A stretch of 64,000 nt of DNA from Cytophagaceae bacterium. Its GTDB lineage: Bacteria > Bacteroidota > Bacteroidia > Cytophagales > Spirosomataceae. The notes below the pieces were generated by a model. That model did not search any database, was not told the origin of the DNA, and worked only from the letters and a program-made list of their open reading frames with translations. The stretch lies in NCBI GenBank assembly GCA_005791165.1, contig SXXW01000019.1, positions 17,890 through 81,889 of the forward strand, in the 5' to 3' direction. A program made the translations under genes and the position numbers. Shown one piece after another: positions 32,876 to 42,946 of the stretch. Position 1 is the first letter of the stretch. Every line of letters begins with the position of its first letter.

Positions 32876-34240
32876 ATGGACCCCGACCCCTATCCCATAC
32901 CCTTATTATTATCGATTAATCCTGCAGCTAATGCAAGTACCTATGTTCTTATAGGGGCAATTTTGATCATTTTGTTATTGCTTTCGGCCTTATTGGCTGG
33001 CTCTGAAGTGGCCTTTTTTTCATTAAATGCGGAGCAAAGAGCTAGTTTAAGAGAGAGTGATGGAACTTCAGAAAAAGCCGTAAGTCATCTATTAGAAAGA
33101 CCACAGCAGCTTCTAGCTACTTTATTAATCGCTATTAATTTTGTCAATATCATTTTCATTACTTTGGCAAATTACTTGACCGAATTAGTTCTAGGACCTC
33201 AGTCCATGGGAACATTATTGGTGACTTTGTTTTTATTGTTTGGGGTTACTTTTATCATTACGTTTTTTGGGGAATTAATTCCTAAAGTGTGGGCCCAACA
33301 AAATAACCTGAATTTTGCCAGATACACGGCTCCATTAATCCATTTTTTCACGTTCATTTTTTCCCCTTTATCCAAGGTCTTGTTGGGCTTATCAGGCTTG
33401 ATTGAGAAAAAAATTAAACGAAAGTCTTACACGCTGACGACCCACGAATTAAATCAGGCGCTGGAAATTACCACGGATGAAAATACTTCCGAAATGGAAA
33501 AGGACATTCTTCGGGGGATATTGAATTTTGGAAACACGTCAGTAAAATCAGTTATGAAAGCGCGTAGGGATATCATGGCATTGGATACCGAAATGGATTT
33601 TCATGAACTGATGGATAAGGTGAATAAAAATGGCTATTCAAGAATTCCCGTTTATACAGAAACCATTGATAAAATTGAAGGTATTTTGTACATCAAAGAT
33701 TTATTAAAAGATATAGATCAAGATGAAAATTTTAATTGGGTTTCTTTATTGCATCAGCCATTTTTTGTTCCAGAGAATAAAAAAATTGACGACTTGTTGT
33801 ATGATTTTCAAGAAAAGAGGGTTCACATGGCTATCGTTGTAAATGAATATGGCGAGACAGAAGGTTTAGTGACCATGGAGGATATTATTGAAGAGATTTT
33901 AGGAGAGATTAATGACGAATTTGATGACGAGGAAGTAGACTACAAAAAATTAGATGAGCATAATTATATCTTTGAGGCGAAGACTTCCTTAAATGATTTC
34001 TCAAAAATATTTGATGTTGATGTGACCCATTTTGAAGATAAGAAGGGGGAAAGCGAAACATTGGGAGGATTTTTAATTGAATTATTTGGTCGAATTCCTA
34101 ACGCCAATGAAGAAATGATATTTGAACCTTTTATCTTTAAAGTCCAATCGGTGGACACGCGAAGAATTAAAAAGATCAAGGCGACCATAAAAATTGAAAA
34201 GCCAATCGTAGAGACCGAGAATCTTGATGATGAAAAATAA
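32876..34240 (+). CDS. gldE: Gliding motility-associated CNNM/CBS/CorC protein
   Basis: SGSE-type motif (AGSEVAFFSL), FGELIPK, CBS pair (YSRIPVY, VPENKKID), CorC domain; mutY-ssb-gldE order. Confidence 0.85.
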   Translation: MDPDPYPIPLLLSINPAANASTYVLIGAILIILLLLSALLAGSEVAFFSLNAEQRASLRESDGTSEKAVSHLLERPQQLLATLLIAINFVNIIFITLANYLTELVLGPQSMGTLLVTLFLLFGVTFIITFFGELIPKVWAQQNNLNFARYTAPLIHFFTFIFSPLSKVLLGLSGLIEKKIKRKSYTLTTHELNQALEITTDENTSEMEKDILRGILNFGNTSVKSVMKARRDIMALDTEMDFHELMDKVNKNGYSRIPVYTETIDKIEGILYIKDLLKDIDQDENFNWVSLLHQPFFVPENKKIDDLLYDFQEKRVHMAIVVNEYGETEGLVTMEDIIEEILGEINDEFDDEEVDYKKLDEHNYIFEAKTSLNDFSKIFDVDVTHFEDKKGESETLGGFLIELFGRIPNANEEMIFEPFIFKVQSVDTRRIKKIKATIKIEKPIVETENLDDEK

Positions 34241-35177
34241 GGTATTTTTTTTATTGGGTTTTTACTTTTTGTTGGTCTCCTGCGAACCTATTCAAACACC
34301 TACGCCTGATCCAGGAGTTACCACAACCGAATCGAATTATGCTGAATTTGAAGATAGGGGCGTTATTGAAAATCCCTCGTTAAAGGAGGCTTCAGGCCTT
34401 GTGGCAAGTAGAAAGAATGCAGGTTCTTTGTGGGCTCATAATGATTCTGGAGACGAAAATAGAATTTTTCTGATCGATAGTTATGGCAAAGGGAAGAAGG
34501 AATTTAAATTGCAAGGAGCGGAAAATCGAGATTGGGAGGATATGGGAATTGTAAGTGAGACGGATGGTTCGGCGACTATTTTTCTGGCTGATTTCGGAGA
34601 TAATAATGCCAATTATTCCTCATACGCTTTGTACTGGTGCAAGGAACCTATCGTGGATGCAAATACTCCAATATCGAATACAATTTCGCAGGTTAGTAAA
34701 TTAACTTTTACATTATCGGATGGGGCAAGAGACATGGAATGTTTATTGGTGGACCAAAAAACCAAAGACGTTTTTATCATCAGCAAAAGAGAAACCAGTA
34801 AACGGCTATATAAAATTGCTGCTTCTAGCGTCGTTGCTGGAGGAACGACAAAAGCTGAGTTCATTCGCGAGTTGAACTTTTCAAAACCAATTTCTACGGA
34901 TTCAAGGCTAATAACTGCAGCTTATATTACTGGGGGGTCAGTTTCGGCCGACAACTCGGAAATATTGATTAAAAATTATTTAGAAGTTTACTATTGGAAA
35001 AGAAAGATTGGAGAAAGTATTTCTGATGCTCTATCACGAACTCCTAAAACAGTTCCTTATAAAATGGAACCCCAAGGGGAGGGAATAGCTTTCGCCTCCG
35101 ATGGAAATGGTTATTTTACGATTTCTGAATTAGATGCGTCTGGGCCCGTTCGATTATATTTTTACAAGAAAAAATAG
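34224..35177 (+). CDS. Lipoprotein with predicted acidic beta-propeller, function unknown
   Basis: Lipobox LVSC; EASGL, HNDSG, DWED, ADFGDN, QGEGIAF. Start probably 34227 or 34230. Confidence 0.6.
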   Translation: MMMKNKVFFLLGFYFLLVSCEPIQTPTPDPGVTTTESNYAEFEDRGVIENPSLKEASGLVASRKNAGSLWAHNDSGDENRIFLIDSYGKGKKEFKLQGAENRDWEDMGIVSETDGSATIFLADFGDNNANYSSYALYWCKEPIVDANTPISNTISQVSKLTFTLSDGARDMECLLVDQKTKDVFIISKRETSKRLYKIAASSVVAGGTTKAEFIRELNFSKPISTDSRLITAAYITGGSVSADNSEILIKNYLEVYYWKRKIGESISDALSRTPKTVPYKMEPQGEGIAFASDGNGYFTISELDASGPVRLYFYKKK

Positions 35178-37454
35178 TTATTCAATCACCATTAGTTTTG
35201 CGAAACTAAGTAAGAGTACTTTTTCGCCTATTCCTTTTTCGAATAGGATGTGAGCTTTTCTCTCTGCTCCATTAATTTCTAATTTTTTAATAAGTCCAAA
35301 TCCAAATTTTTGATGTTCCACTCGTTGGCCTTCCGTCAACTGCATCGCATCTGTTTGTTTAAAATCCGGGGATGGGACATGTTGGTAATTGGTATTTTGT
35401 CGGGGTTTTTGAATGAGTTGCGCTGCGGAAGGCGAGGTTGACTTTTCAACAAAACCCGTTTTTTGTACAGGTCTAAAGGAGCTGACCTCTTTTTTGCCTG
35501 GGGTCTTTGCCATTTTTAGGTAAGTAGAATCTAATTCATCTAAGAATCTACTGGGCTCACAACTTTTTAATCGGCCAAACTGATACCTCGATTCAGCATA
35601 CGAAATCATCAACTTCTTTTCTGCTCGGGTGATGGCCACGTAAAACAACCTTCGTTCTTCTTCCAGGTCGGCTTGACTTTGAAGCATCATTTGGCTAGGG
35701 AATAAATCCTCCTCTAGGCCGACCAAAAATACATTTTTAAATTCAAGACCTTTGGCGGAGTGCACCGTCATGAGGGTTACTTTATCACGATCATTGGGGT
35801 CTTCGTTGGTATCTGCGTTCGTCAACAGGGATACCGACTGCAGGAAAGTACTGAGTGATTTGTCTTCATTTTCTTCTGAGTCGACAAATTGCTTGATGGC
35901 ATTGAGGAGTTCTTGGACGTTTTGATAGCGGGCAAGTCCTTCTACCGTTTTATCCTCATACAATTCTCGAACTAAACCTGAGGCTTTGGCCACATGGGAT
36001 GCCACTTCATAGGCATCTTTTTGCTCAACTTCCACCTGAAGCTTAAAGGATTTTATGAGGTCAGCAAAATTTTCGATGGATGCGCCCCCTCTTGCCCCTT
36101 GATATTGATTGATATTACTAACTACTTCCCAAACAGAGACTTTGTGTTCCGCTGCCGTGACCGATATTTTGGCGATCGTCGTATCGCCGATACCTCTTTT
36201 GGGGAGGTTGATGATTCGCTTAAAGGCTTCTTCGTCGTTTTGGTTCACGACAAAACGCAGGTAAGCCAAGACGTCCTTGATTTCTTTTCTTTGGTAAAAA
36301 GATAGGCCTCCAATAATTCTATAATTGATATTTAAGCGACGGAGAGATTCTTCAAAGGAACGTGATTGTGCATTCGTACGATATAAAATAGCGAAGTCAG
36401 ACCATTTAAGTCCGTCCTTTTGCCGAGCCTCAAAAATGGTGGAGGCTATAATTCTACCTTCGTCATTATCAGAACCTGCTCGTATAATTTCTATTTGTTC
36501 CCCTTCTTCATTGGAGGTAAATACATCCTTTTTTAATTGGCTTTTATTTCGGGCAATGATGGAATTGGCAACGGCCACAATTGCTTTGGTAGACCGATAA
36601 TTTTCTTCCAGCTTGATGGTTTTCAAATCGGAATAATCGCGTTCAAAATTTAGAATATTTTGGATGTCGGCTCCACGAAATGCGTAAATACTTTGCGCAT
36701 CGTCGCCTACCACACAAATATTTCGGTTGACAGCGGCTAGTTTTTTTGTAATTAAATATTGGGAAACGTTCGTGTCTTGAAACTCATCCACCATCACATG
36801 TTTAAATTTATGTTGGTACTTGTTCAAAACATCTAAATGATCTCTAAAAAGTATGTTGGTTTGGTATAATAGGTCATCGAAATCCATGGCATTTGCTTGA
36901 AAGCAGCGCAAACAATAGGATTTATATAATTGTCCCATCATGGGAATTTTCGCATATCGATCTTCCTGTTCTACGATGGAGGAGGCTAGGTATTGCTCGG
37001 GACTAATAAGCCGATTTTTGGCATTTGAAATCCGATTTAAAACCAGATTGACCTTATAAACTTTATCGTCTAAGTTTTGCTCTTTGACCAATGCCCGAAT
37101 CAGGGATTTTGAGTCATCGGTATCATAAATGGAGAAGTTGGAGCTATAGCCTAATTTCTCTCCTTCGAAACGCAATATTTTAGCAAAGATGGAGTGAAAA
37201 GTTCCCATCCAAATGTTTTTTGCTTGGCCGCCAATGACCGTTTCGATCCGGTGGCGCATTTCCCCAGCCGCTTTATTGGTGAAAGTCAGGAGCAAAATAG
37301 AAAATGGATCAACCCCTTTTTGGATTAAGTAAGCTGTCCGATAGGTGAGCACTCTCGTTTTGCCAGATCCTGCGCCGGCAATAATCATGAGGGGTCCTTC
37401 TATGTACTCAACAGCTTGTCGTTGGGGCTCATTTAAGCCATCCAAAAAATCCAT
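35178..37454 (-). CDS. uvrD: UvrD/PcrA ATP-dependent DNA helicase
   Basis: AGAGSGKTRVLT, VDEFQDTN, VGDDAQSIYAFRGA, ENYRS, HSAKGLEF, EERRLFYVAITRA. Confidence 0.95.
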   Translation of the reverse strand: MDFLDGLNEPQRQAVEYIEGPLMIIAGAGSGKTRVLTYRTAYLIQKGVDPFSILLLTFTNKAAGEMRHRIETVIGGQAKNIWMGTFHSIFAKILRFEGEKLGYSSNFSIYDTDDSKSLIRALVKEQNLDDKVYKVNLVLNRISNAKNRLISPEQYLASSIVEQEDRYAKIPMMGQLYKSYCLRCFQANAMDFDDLLYQTNILFRDHLDVLNKYQHKFKHVMVDEFQDTNVSQYLITKKLAAVNRNICVVGDDAQSIYAFRGADIQNILNFERDYSDLKTIKLEENYRSTKAIVAVANSIIARNKSQLKKDVFTSNEEGEQIEIIRAGSDNDEGRIIASTIFEARQKDGLKWSDFAILYRTNAQSRSFEESLRRLNINYRIIGGLSFYQRKEIKDVLAYLRFVVNQNDEEAFKRIINLPKRGIGDTTIAKISVTAAEHKVSVWEVVSNINQYQGARGGASIENFADLIKSFKLQVEVEQKDAYEVASHVAKASGLVRELYEDKTVEGLARYQNVQELLNAIKQFVDSEENEDKSLSTFLQSVSLLTNADTNEDPNDRDKVTLMTVHSAKGLEFKNVFLVGLEEDLFPSQMMLQSQADLEEERRLFYVAITRAEKKLMISYAESRYQFGRLKSCEPSRFLDELDSTYLKMAKTPGKKEVSSFRPVQKTGFVEKSTSPSAAQLIQKPRQNTNYQHVPSPDFKQTDAMQLTEGQRVEHQKFGFGLIKKLEINGAERKAHILFEKGIGEKVLLLSFAKLMVIE

Positions 37455-37496
37455 ATTTTCTTTTTTATTGCGTGTAATTGGGCTACGAAAATACGG

Positions 37497-37525
37497 AAAA
37501 AGGCGCAGAATCTCTGCGCCTTTTT
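37497..37525 (-). terminator. Intrinsic terminator downstream of 37547-37903
   Basis: AAAAAGGCGCAGA-ATC-TCTGCGCCTTTTT. Confidence 0.8.
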
Positions 37526-37546
37526 AACCTTAATTTTTCACTGATA

Positions 37547-37903
37547 TTATTGAATCGCAACTAAGTCGCGTTTCACTTCAGTTTGGATATTAAATGATTT
37601 TGACTGAATTAATTTCTTTCGTGAATTAAGGATGTCCATCCGATATTTTCCATCAGAAAGGTCGGAAAAGCTGAATAATTTTTGCGTTGAAATGACTTCG
37701 TTGAAAAGAATATTATTTTCTTGATCATAGATAATGACAATTAAAGAAGATTTCGGTTCAGAACGAACAAGAAATTTCATTTTACCCACTTGTTCGATGT
37801 TGACAGGTGAAATTAATTCTGATGCGTTAGCCGCAGCAGAGACAGACATGATCGCGACGAACATAAAAGCTGCGATGGATTTTTTGTTAATGGAATTTCT
37901 CAT
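37547..37903 (-). CDS. Small exported beta-sandwich protein, function unknown
   Basis: Signal peptide (ANA-S); IYDQENNIL and FSDLSDGKYRMDI resemble Ig-like/T9SS-CTD-like domains. Confidence 0.6.
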   Translation of the reverse strand: MRNSINKKSIAAFMFVAIMSVSAAANASELISPVNIEQVGKMKFLVRSEPKSSLIVIIYDQENNILFNEVISTQKLFSFSDLSDGKYRMDILNSRKKLIQSKSFNIQTEVKRDLVAIQ

Positions 37904-37950
37904 AAACCTATTTAAATAAACTTAGGCGGAATTATTTCCGTTTCTTGAGT

Positions 37951-38006
37951 CAAAACTAGTGTTCTCAAATTATCTACCAATTAAATCCGCATAAAATTTA
38001 AATTAT
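37951..38006 (-). promoter_or_regulatory. Candidate Pho-box promoter of 37547-37903
   Basis: On minus: ATAAT (38006), TTTAT (37995), TTAAT (37984), then TAGTTTTG 26 nt later (37958). Confidence 0.45.
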
Positions 38007-38151
38007 CCAAGAAAGTTCTTCTTTAAAAAATTATATTTCTTTGAATTGTACAAAATTAACCTATGAATCAAAGAAAAAATAATTGCAATCATGGTGGTGA
38101 AAATTGACAGGAAAAATGATGTTAAGAAATTGTTAATAAATCTAAAACTTT

Positions 38152-38218
38152 TTAACAATTTGTTAATAGTCCACTAACGGTACCGTAATAAGTAAGGACT
38201 TTCATTAAGTTAATTTTG
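38152..38218 (+). promoter_or_regulatory. Candidate Pho-box promoter of the TBDT-lipoprotein operon
   Basis: TTAAC (38152), TTAAT (38163), CTAAC (38174), GTAAT (38185) at exact 11-bp period, then -7 box TAATTTTG at 38211 (26 nt). Confidence 0.7.
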
Positions 38219-38270
38219 TAGCACTGAAATGTAAATTTTTTTGAAACAATACACCAATTAACCATACAAC

Positions 38271-41090
38271 ATGACTTTCATTATGAATCGCACCTATTAT
38301 TATTTAATCGCATTCTTATTTCTTTCATTCACGACTCTTGCTCAACAAACAGGGGTTATCAGAGGAACAATTAAAGATGTAAAGTCTAAAGAAGATATTA
38401 TTGGAGCTACTGTTCTAATACAAGGAAGCACTAAAGGAGCGGCCACAGACATTAATGGTTTTTTCACTTTTGGAAAATTGGCCGTTGGCACCTATTCGTT
38501 AAAGATCTCTTTTGTAGGATATCAATCTAAAATTTATGAAAATGTTAAAGTAGAGGCAGACCAAGTGACTGACTTGAATTTAACGATGGCAGAGGAATCT
38601 TCTACTTTAGCAGAGGTAAAAGTGGTTGCTCAACGTTTAACGAATACTGAAGTATCTGTTATTACAGAAATTAAGGCAGCTCAATTAGTTGTGAGTGGAA
38701 TTTCAGCAGCACAGATCACGAAGACTTTGGACCGTACGGCTGCTGAAGTTGTGAAGCGTGTTCCTGGAGTTACTATTTTTGGCGAACGTTTTATTAATAT
38801 TCGCGGCTTAAATGAGCGCTATAATACAGTTCAGTTAAATAATGCATTTGCTCCTTCGATGGAGACTGATGTGCGTTCTTTTTCTTTTGATATCATTCCT
38901 GCAGGTCAAATCGATCGAATCTTAGTTTTCAAATCGCCTTCCGCGGAAATTCCTGGTGAGTTTGCTGGTGGGGTGGTCAAAGTTTTTACTAAATCAATTC
39001 CGGAGAATAACTTTTTAACATTAGATATTTCAAGTGCTTATCGAGAAGGAACTACAGGAGCACAATTTTTTGCGACAAAAAATAGCAATCTTGCTTGGAC
39101 TGGATTCGATCAAGGCTATTTTGATTTACCTAAATCTTTTCCAGCTAGTCGTGCTGCACTTCTTAATTCAGGACCTGCGGGTTTAGATGCTATAGGAGCA
39201 TCATTGAAAAATAATTGGACTCCAGTAGAGTCTAATGCAATGCCCGACATGCGTGCCTCGCTTTCAGGAGGATTCAAATTTGATTTAGGGTCTACTAAAT
39301 TCGGAAATGTAACAGCCATCAATTACTCTAATACGCGCTCAACTTTTGAAATGGCTCGGAATGACTGGGGGTATAGTAACATTGGCCCTAATTTTACTGG
39401 CGAGCCCGATGCCGTTTTTAATTTTGTGGATAATCAATATACAAATGCGTTGCGTTTGGGTGTTTCTACCAACTGGTCTGCTCGTTTCGCTGGGGGATCA
39501 GTGATTGAATTTAAGAATTTATTTAATCAATTAGCTAATACCCAATACATTCAGCGTGATGGTTTTGAGAATGGTTCCAATTGGGATATTCGTTCATTTG
39601 ATCAAGTATATCGTGGAATTTACACGGGTCAATTGACCGGACGCCATGATTTACAATCAGGTAGTCTGAAAATTGATTGGATGGCGGGATATAATTCTGC
39701 ATATCGCGACCAACCCGATTATAAGCGTTTTCGCTATAATGTAGATGGAAGTTCATCTAGTTTATTTATACCAAATGGTGCTGCCCAAACGACTGTTCTT
39801 GGTAGAACTTATATAAATATGGATGAATCATCTTACACAGCTGCATTTAATGCTGTGAAGAAAATAGATTTACAAGATTCAAAAGAACTTGAATTAAAAG
39901 CAGGTTTGTTTTATGAAGATAAGGTTCGTGATTTTGGTGCGCGAAATATTGGATATGTGAAGTCCGCGCCAACTTTCCAAACGACTTTGCCTATTGACCA
40001 ATTATTGGCAGCTCAAAATTTTAATACAAGAACAGGTATTCGGTTAGATGAGCAAACGAATCCGAATGACTCCTATGATGCGAGTAATACCTTATTGGCA
40101 GGATATTTATCCGTTAATTATGCACTGGGGAAAAAGTTTAATGTCATTGCCGGTGTTCGGGCAGAGCAGAATAGCCAAAAACTGAATTCAGCTGATTTGG
40201 TTGGCAAGCTAATTAATTACGACAACACACGCTTGGATTTATTGCCATCCATGAATCTTACATATAATTTCACAGAAAAGTCACTCTTGCGTTTGGCTTA
40301 CGGAAAGACCTTAAATCGTCCTGAATTCCGTGAATTAGCTCCATTCTCTTTTTATGATTTTGTGAATAACCGGACTGTGTCAGGTAATCCTTTGTTGAAA
40401 AATGCGAATATTCAGAATTTTGATTTTCGGTATGAATTTTACCCTACGCCTTCTGAGTTAATCAGTATAGCTGCTTTTTACAAGGATTTCACTAATCCAA
40501 TTGAGGTTATTTTTGCCTCTGGGGCCAATCCTATTTTGAATTTCTCGAATGCGCAATCGGCATTTTCAACAGGTTTAGAAGCTGAATTTCGTAAAAATTT
40601 AAATGCATCTTCACCTAATTCGTTATTAGGTCGCACAAGTCTGGTTTTTAATGGAACCTATATTTTCAGCCGTGTAAAATTGGACGAAAAATTGGCATCC
40701 GATCAGTCAGACAATCGTCCTTTACAAGGACAGTCGCCATACATCATCAATGCCGGGATTAATTATAATGATGCACAAAAAGGCTTGCAGTTGAATATTA
40801 ATTACAACGTCATCGGTAAGCGGATTTTTGCCGTAGGTAATAACTTCGGTGCTCCTTATCCTGATTGGTATGAGATTCCTAGAAATGTAATTGATTTTAA
40901 CTTTTCAAAGCAGTTGACGAAAGCCATTATGATTAAGGGCGGCATTAGCGATATTTTAAATCAAGGGAATATCATTTTGCAAGATGGTAACCAAGATCAA
41001 AATTTTGATCGTAACCAAGATCAAATTATTCAGAGTTATGCGCCGGGTCGTGTAGCTTCATTAGGACTTATTATTTCTCCATTTAATTAA
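38271..41090 (+). CDS. TonB-dependent transporter (non-SusC), predicted phosphate-starvation inducible
   Basis: Carboxypeptidase-like N-terminal domain, plug (VKRVPGVT, IRGLNERY, FSFDIIP), barrel motifs RPEFRELAPF and RPLQGQSPY. Confidence 0.9.
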   Translation: MTFIMNRTYYYLIAFLFLSFTTLAQQTGVIRGTIKDVKSKEDIIGATVLIQGSTKGAATDINGFFTFGKLAVGTYSLKISFVGYQSKIYENVKVEADQVTDLNLTMAEESSTLAEVKVVAQRLTNTEVSVITEIKAAQLVVSGISAAQITKTLDRTAAEVVKRVPGVTIFGERFINIRGLNERYNTVQLNNAFAPSMETDVRSFSFDIIPAGQIDRILVFKSPSAEIPGEFAGGVVKVFTKSIPENNFLTLDISSAYREGTTGAQFFATKNSNLAWTGFDQGYFDLPKSFPASRAALLNSGPAGLDAIGASLKNNWTPVESNAMPDMRASLSGGFKFDLGSTKFGNVTAINYSNTRSTFEMARNDWGYSNIGPNFTGEPDAVFNFVDNQYTNALRLGVSTNWSARFAGGSVIEFKNLFNQLANTQYIQRDGFENGSNWDIRSFDQVYRGIYTGQLTGRHDLQSGSLKIDWMAGYNSAYRDQPDYKRFRYNVDGSSSSLFIPNGAAQTTVLGRTYINMDESSYTAAFNAVKKIDLQDSKELELKAGLFYEDKVRDFGARNIGYVKSAPTFQTTLPIDQLLAAQNFNTRTGIRLDEQTNPNDSYDASNTLLAGYLSVNYALGKKFNVIAGVRAEQNSQKLNSADLVGKLINYDNTRLDLLPSMNLTYNFTEKSLLRLAYGKTLNRPEFRELAPFSFYDFVNNRTVSGNPLLKNANIQNFDFRYEFYPTPSELISIAAFYKDFTNPIEVIFASGANPILNFSNAQSAFSTGLEAEFRKNLNASSPNSLLGRTSLVFNGTYIFSRVKLDEKLASDQSDNRPLQGQSPYIINAGINYNDAQKGLQLNINYNVIGKRIFAVGNNFGAPYPDWYEIPRNVIDFNFSKQLTKAIMIKGGISDILNQGNIILQDGNQDQNFDRNQDQIIQSYAPGRVASLGLIISPFN

Positions 41091-41117
41091 TTTTTCAATT
41101 TAAATTCTAAAAAAAAA

Positions 41118-42887
41118 GTGATGAAACGCTTACAAACAAACATGTTCAAAGTTTTAGCAATGTTAACTATCGCGGTAGTAACATTAGCGGGTTGCACGAA
41201 GGAAGAAGAAGTTTTCCCAGTGCCTACAATCTCTGCGTCAGGTACACTTGCGGGTATTCCGGGTGCTACAGTTACGGTAAAGGCTTCTATTAATGCACCA
41301 GCAGGTATTAAGTCAATTACTGTTTTAAAGAATGGTGCTCCATTTGATTCGAAAATTATGGCTGGCGAAAAAACCGCTGAATATTCGAAGGATTATGTTG
41401 TTGAAGGTACTGCAGGTGCCACGGTTAACTTTACAGTTCAAGTTACAGATGTTAAGAATCAGGTTTCTTCTTTAGTTGCTATTCCTGTTACTGTTTCAGT
41501 TGTACCTCCAAAGACGATTATTGACGTACAAGGTGTAATTGAAGGAAATGTGACTTGGACAAAAGATAAGATTTATCGTTTGAAAGGTTATGTACGTGTA
41601 GGAGAAGAAGCTGTTTCTGGAACAATAACAAAAAAAGGCCAATTAACTATTCAAGCTGGTACAATTATCATTGGCGATAAGGCTACAAAAGGAACCTTAA
41701 TCGTTCAACGTGAATCTAAATTGATCGCGGAAGGTACTGTATCTGAGCCGATTATCTTTACTTCTGCTGAAGGTATTGGTTCACGTTCTCCAGGTGATTG
41801 GGGTGGTGTTGTAATTTGTGGAAAAGCTCCAAACAACTTAACAGGTGTTGCGGAATTAGAAGGTGGTTACAAAGGATTCCACGGTGGTACTGTAGCTGAT
41901 GATAATTCAGGTTCATTAAAGTATGTTCGTATTGAGTATGCTGGTATTCCATTGAATCCAAATCAAGAGATTAACTCATTAACGATGGGTTCAGTAGGTT
42001 CAGGAACGAAGATTGAATACATCATGGCTTCTTTTGGATTGGATGATTCATTTGAGTGGTTTGGTGGTACTGTAAATTGTAAGTATTTAGTTGCTTATAA
42101 AGGAACGGATGACGATTTCGACATGGACAATGGCTACTCAGGTACAGTTCAGTTTGGATTAGGTTACCGTGATGGTAATTTGGCTGACGTGTCTGGATCA
42201 AATGGTTTTGAAATTGATAATGATGCAGCTGGATCAAATCTTGCTCCATTTACATCGGCAACACTTGCTAACTTCTCTATCATCGGTGCCAAAGGAAAGT
42301 CGTCTGATTACTTAGATGCCAACTTCCAAAATGGAGCTCAATTGCGTCGTAATGCTAAAGTGAAAATTTACAATACATTTATCACAGGTTATCCAGCAGG
42401 ATTATACATCGACAGTCAGCGTGGTGCTGCAAAGACAAATGCGGCTAATGGAGAACTAATTGTTAAGAATGTTGTTATCGCTGGTACAACGGGCTGGGGA
42501 ACAACTGGATTTACGTCACTTAACTCAGGTCTTTATGGATTTGGAGTGCCAGTAGTTAATGAGGAGCAAATCGCTCGTACAGGTTCTGCTGGAACAGTAG
42601 CTACACGTCCAATTGAAATTGGTACTGTTTCTGCATCGGCGTGGTTCGCTGCGATAGCAGGAAACAAAACCTTGACTTCGACTGCAAATACAGGTATTTC
42701 ATCTGCTTTATGGTCAGCTCGTCCTACGTTAACATTGACAGAAGGAGCATCTGAGTCTTTAATTGGTACTGCATTGCCTACGTTAGCGGGTACTACAGCA
42801 ACTGATTTTGTTGGTGCATTCAAAGATTCTGATTGGACAGCTGGTTGGTCAGAATTCAATCCTAACTCGATTGTTTACATCAAGTAA
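41118..42887 (+). CDS. Surface lipoprotein (Ig-like domain plus beta-helix-like domain), TBDT partner
   Basis: Lipobox LAGC; PGDWGGVVICGKAP, DDNSGSLKYVRIEYAG, DDSFEWFGGTVN, DDDFDMDNGYSG, SNGFEIDND; not SusD-like. Confidence 0.75.
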   Translation: MMKRLQTNMFKVLAMLTIAVVTLAGCTKEEEVFPVPTISASGTLAGIPGATVTVKASINAPAGIKSITVLKNGAPFDSKIMAGEKTAEYSKDYVVEGTAGATVNFTVQVTDVKNQVSSLVAIPVTVSVVPPKTIIDVQGVIEGNVTWTKDKIYRLKGYVRVGEEAVSGTITKKGQLTIQAGTIIIGDKATKGTLIVQRESKLIAEGTVSEPIIFTSAEGIGSRSPGDWGGVVICGKAPNNLTGVAELEGGYKGFHGGTVADDNSGSLKYVRIEYAGIPLNPNQEINSLTMGSVGSGTKIEYIMASFGLDDSFEWFGGTVNCKYLVAYKGTDDDFDMDNGYSGTVQFGLGYRDGNLADVSGSNGFEIDNDAAGSNLAPFTSATLANFSIIGAKGKSSDYLDANFQNGAQLRRNAKVKIYNTFITGYPAGLYIDSQRGAAKTNAANGELIVKNVVIAGTTGWGTTGFTSLNSGLYGFGVPVVNEEQIARTGSAGTVATRPIEIGTVSASAWFAAIAGNKTLTSTANTGISSALWSARPTLTLTEGASESLIGTALPTLAGTTATDFVGAFKDSDWTAGWSEFNPNSIVYIK

Positions 42888-42901
42888 AAAATTTATTTCC
42901 C

Positions 42902-42937
42902 AGGTCGCTGCCTAATGCTAGGTGGCGACCTTTTTTT
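42902..42937 (+). terminator. Intrinsic terminator
   Basis: AGGTCGCTGCCTA-ATGC-TAGGTGGCGACCT followed by a T run. Confidence 0.85.
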
Positions 42938-42946
42938 AGTACACCA

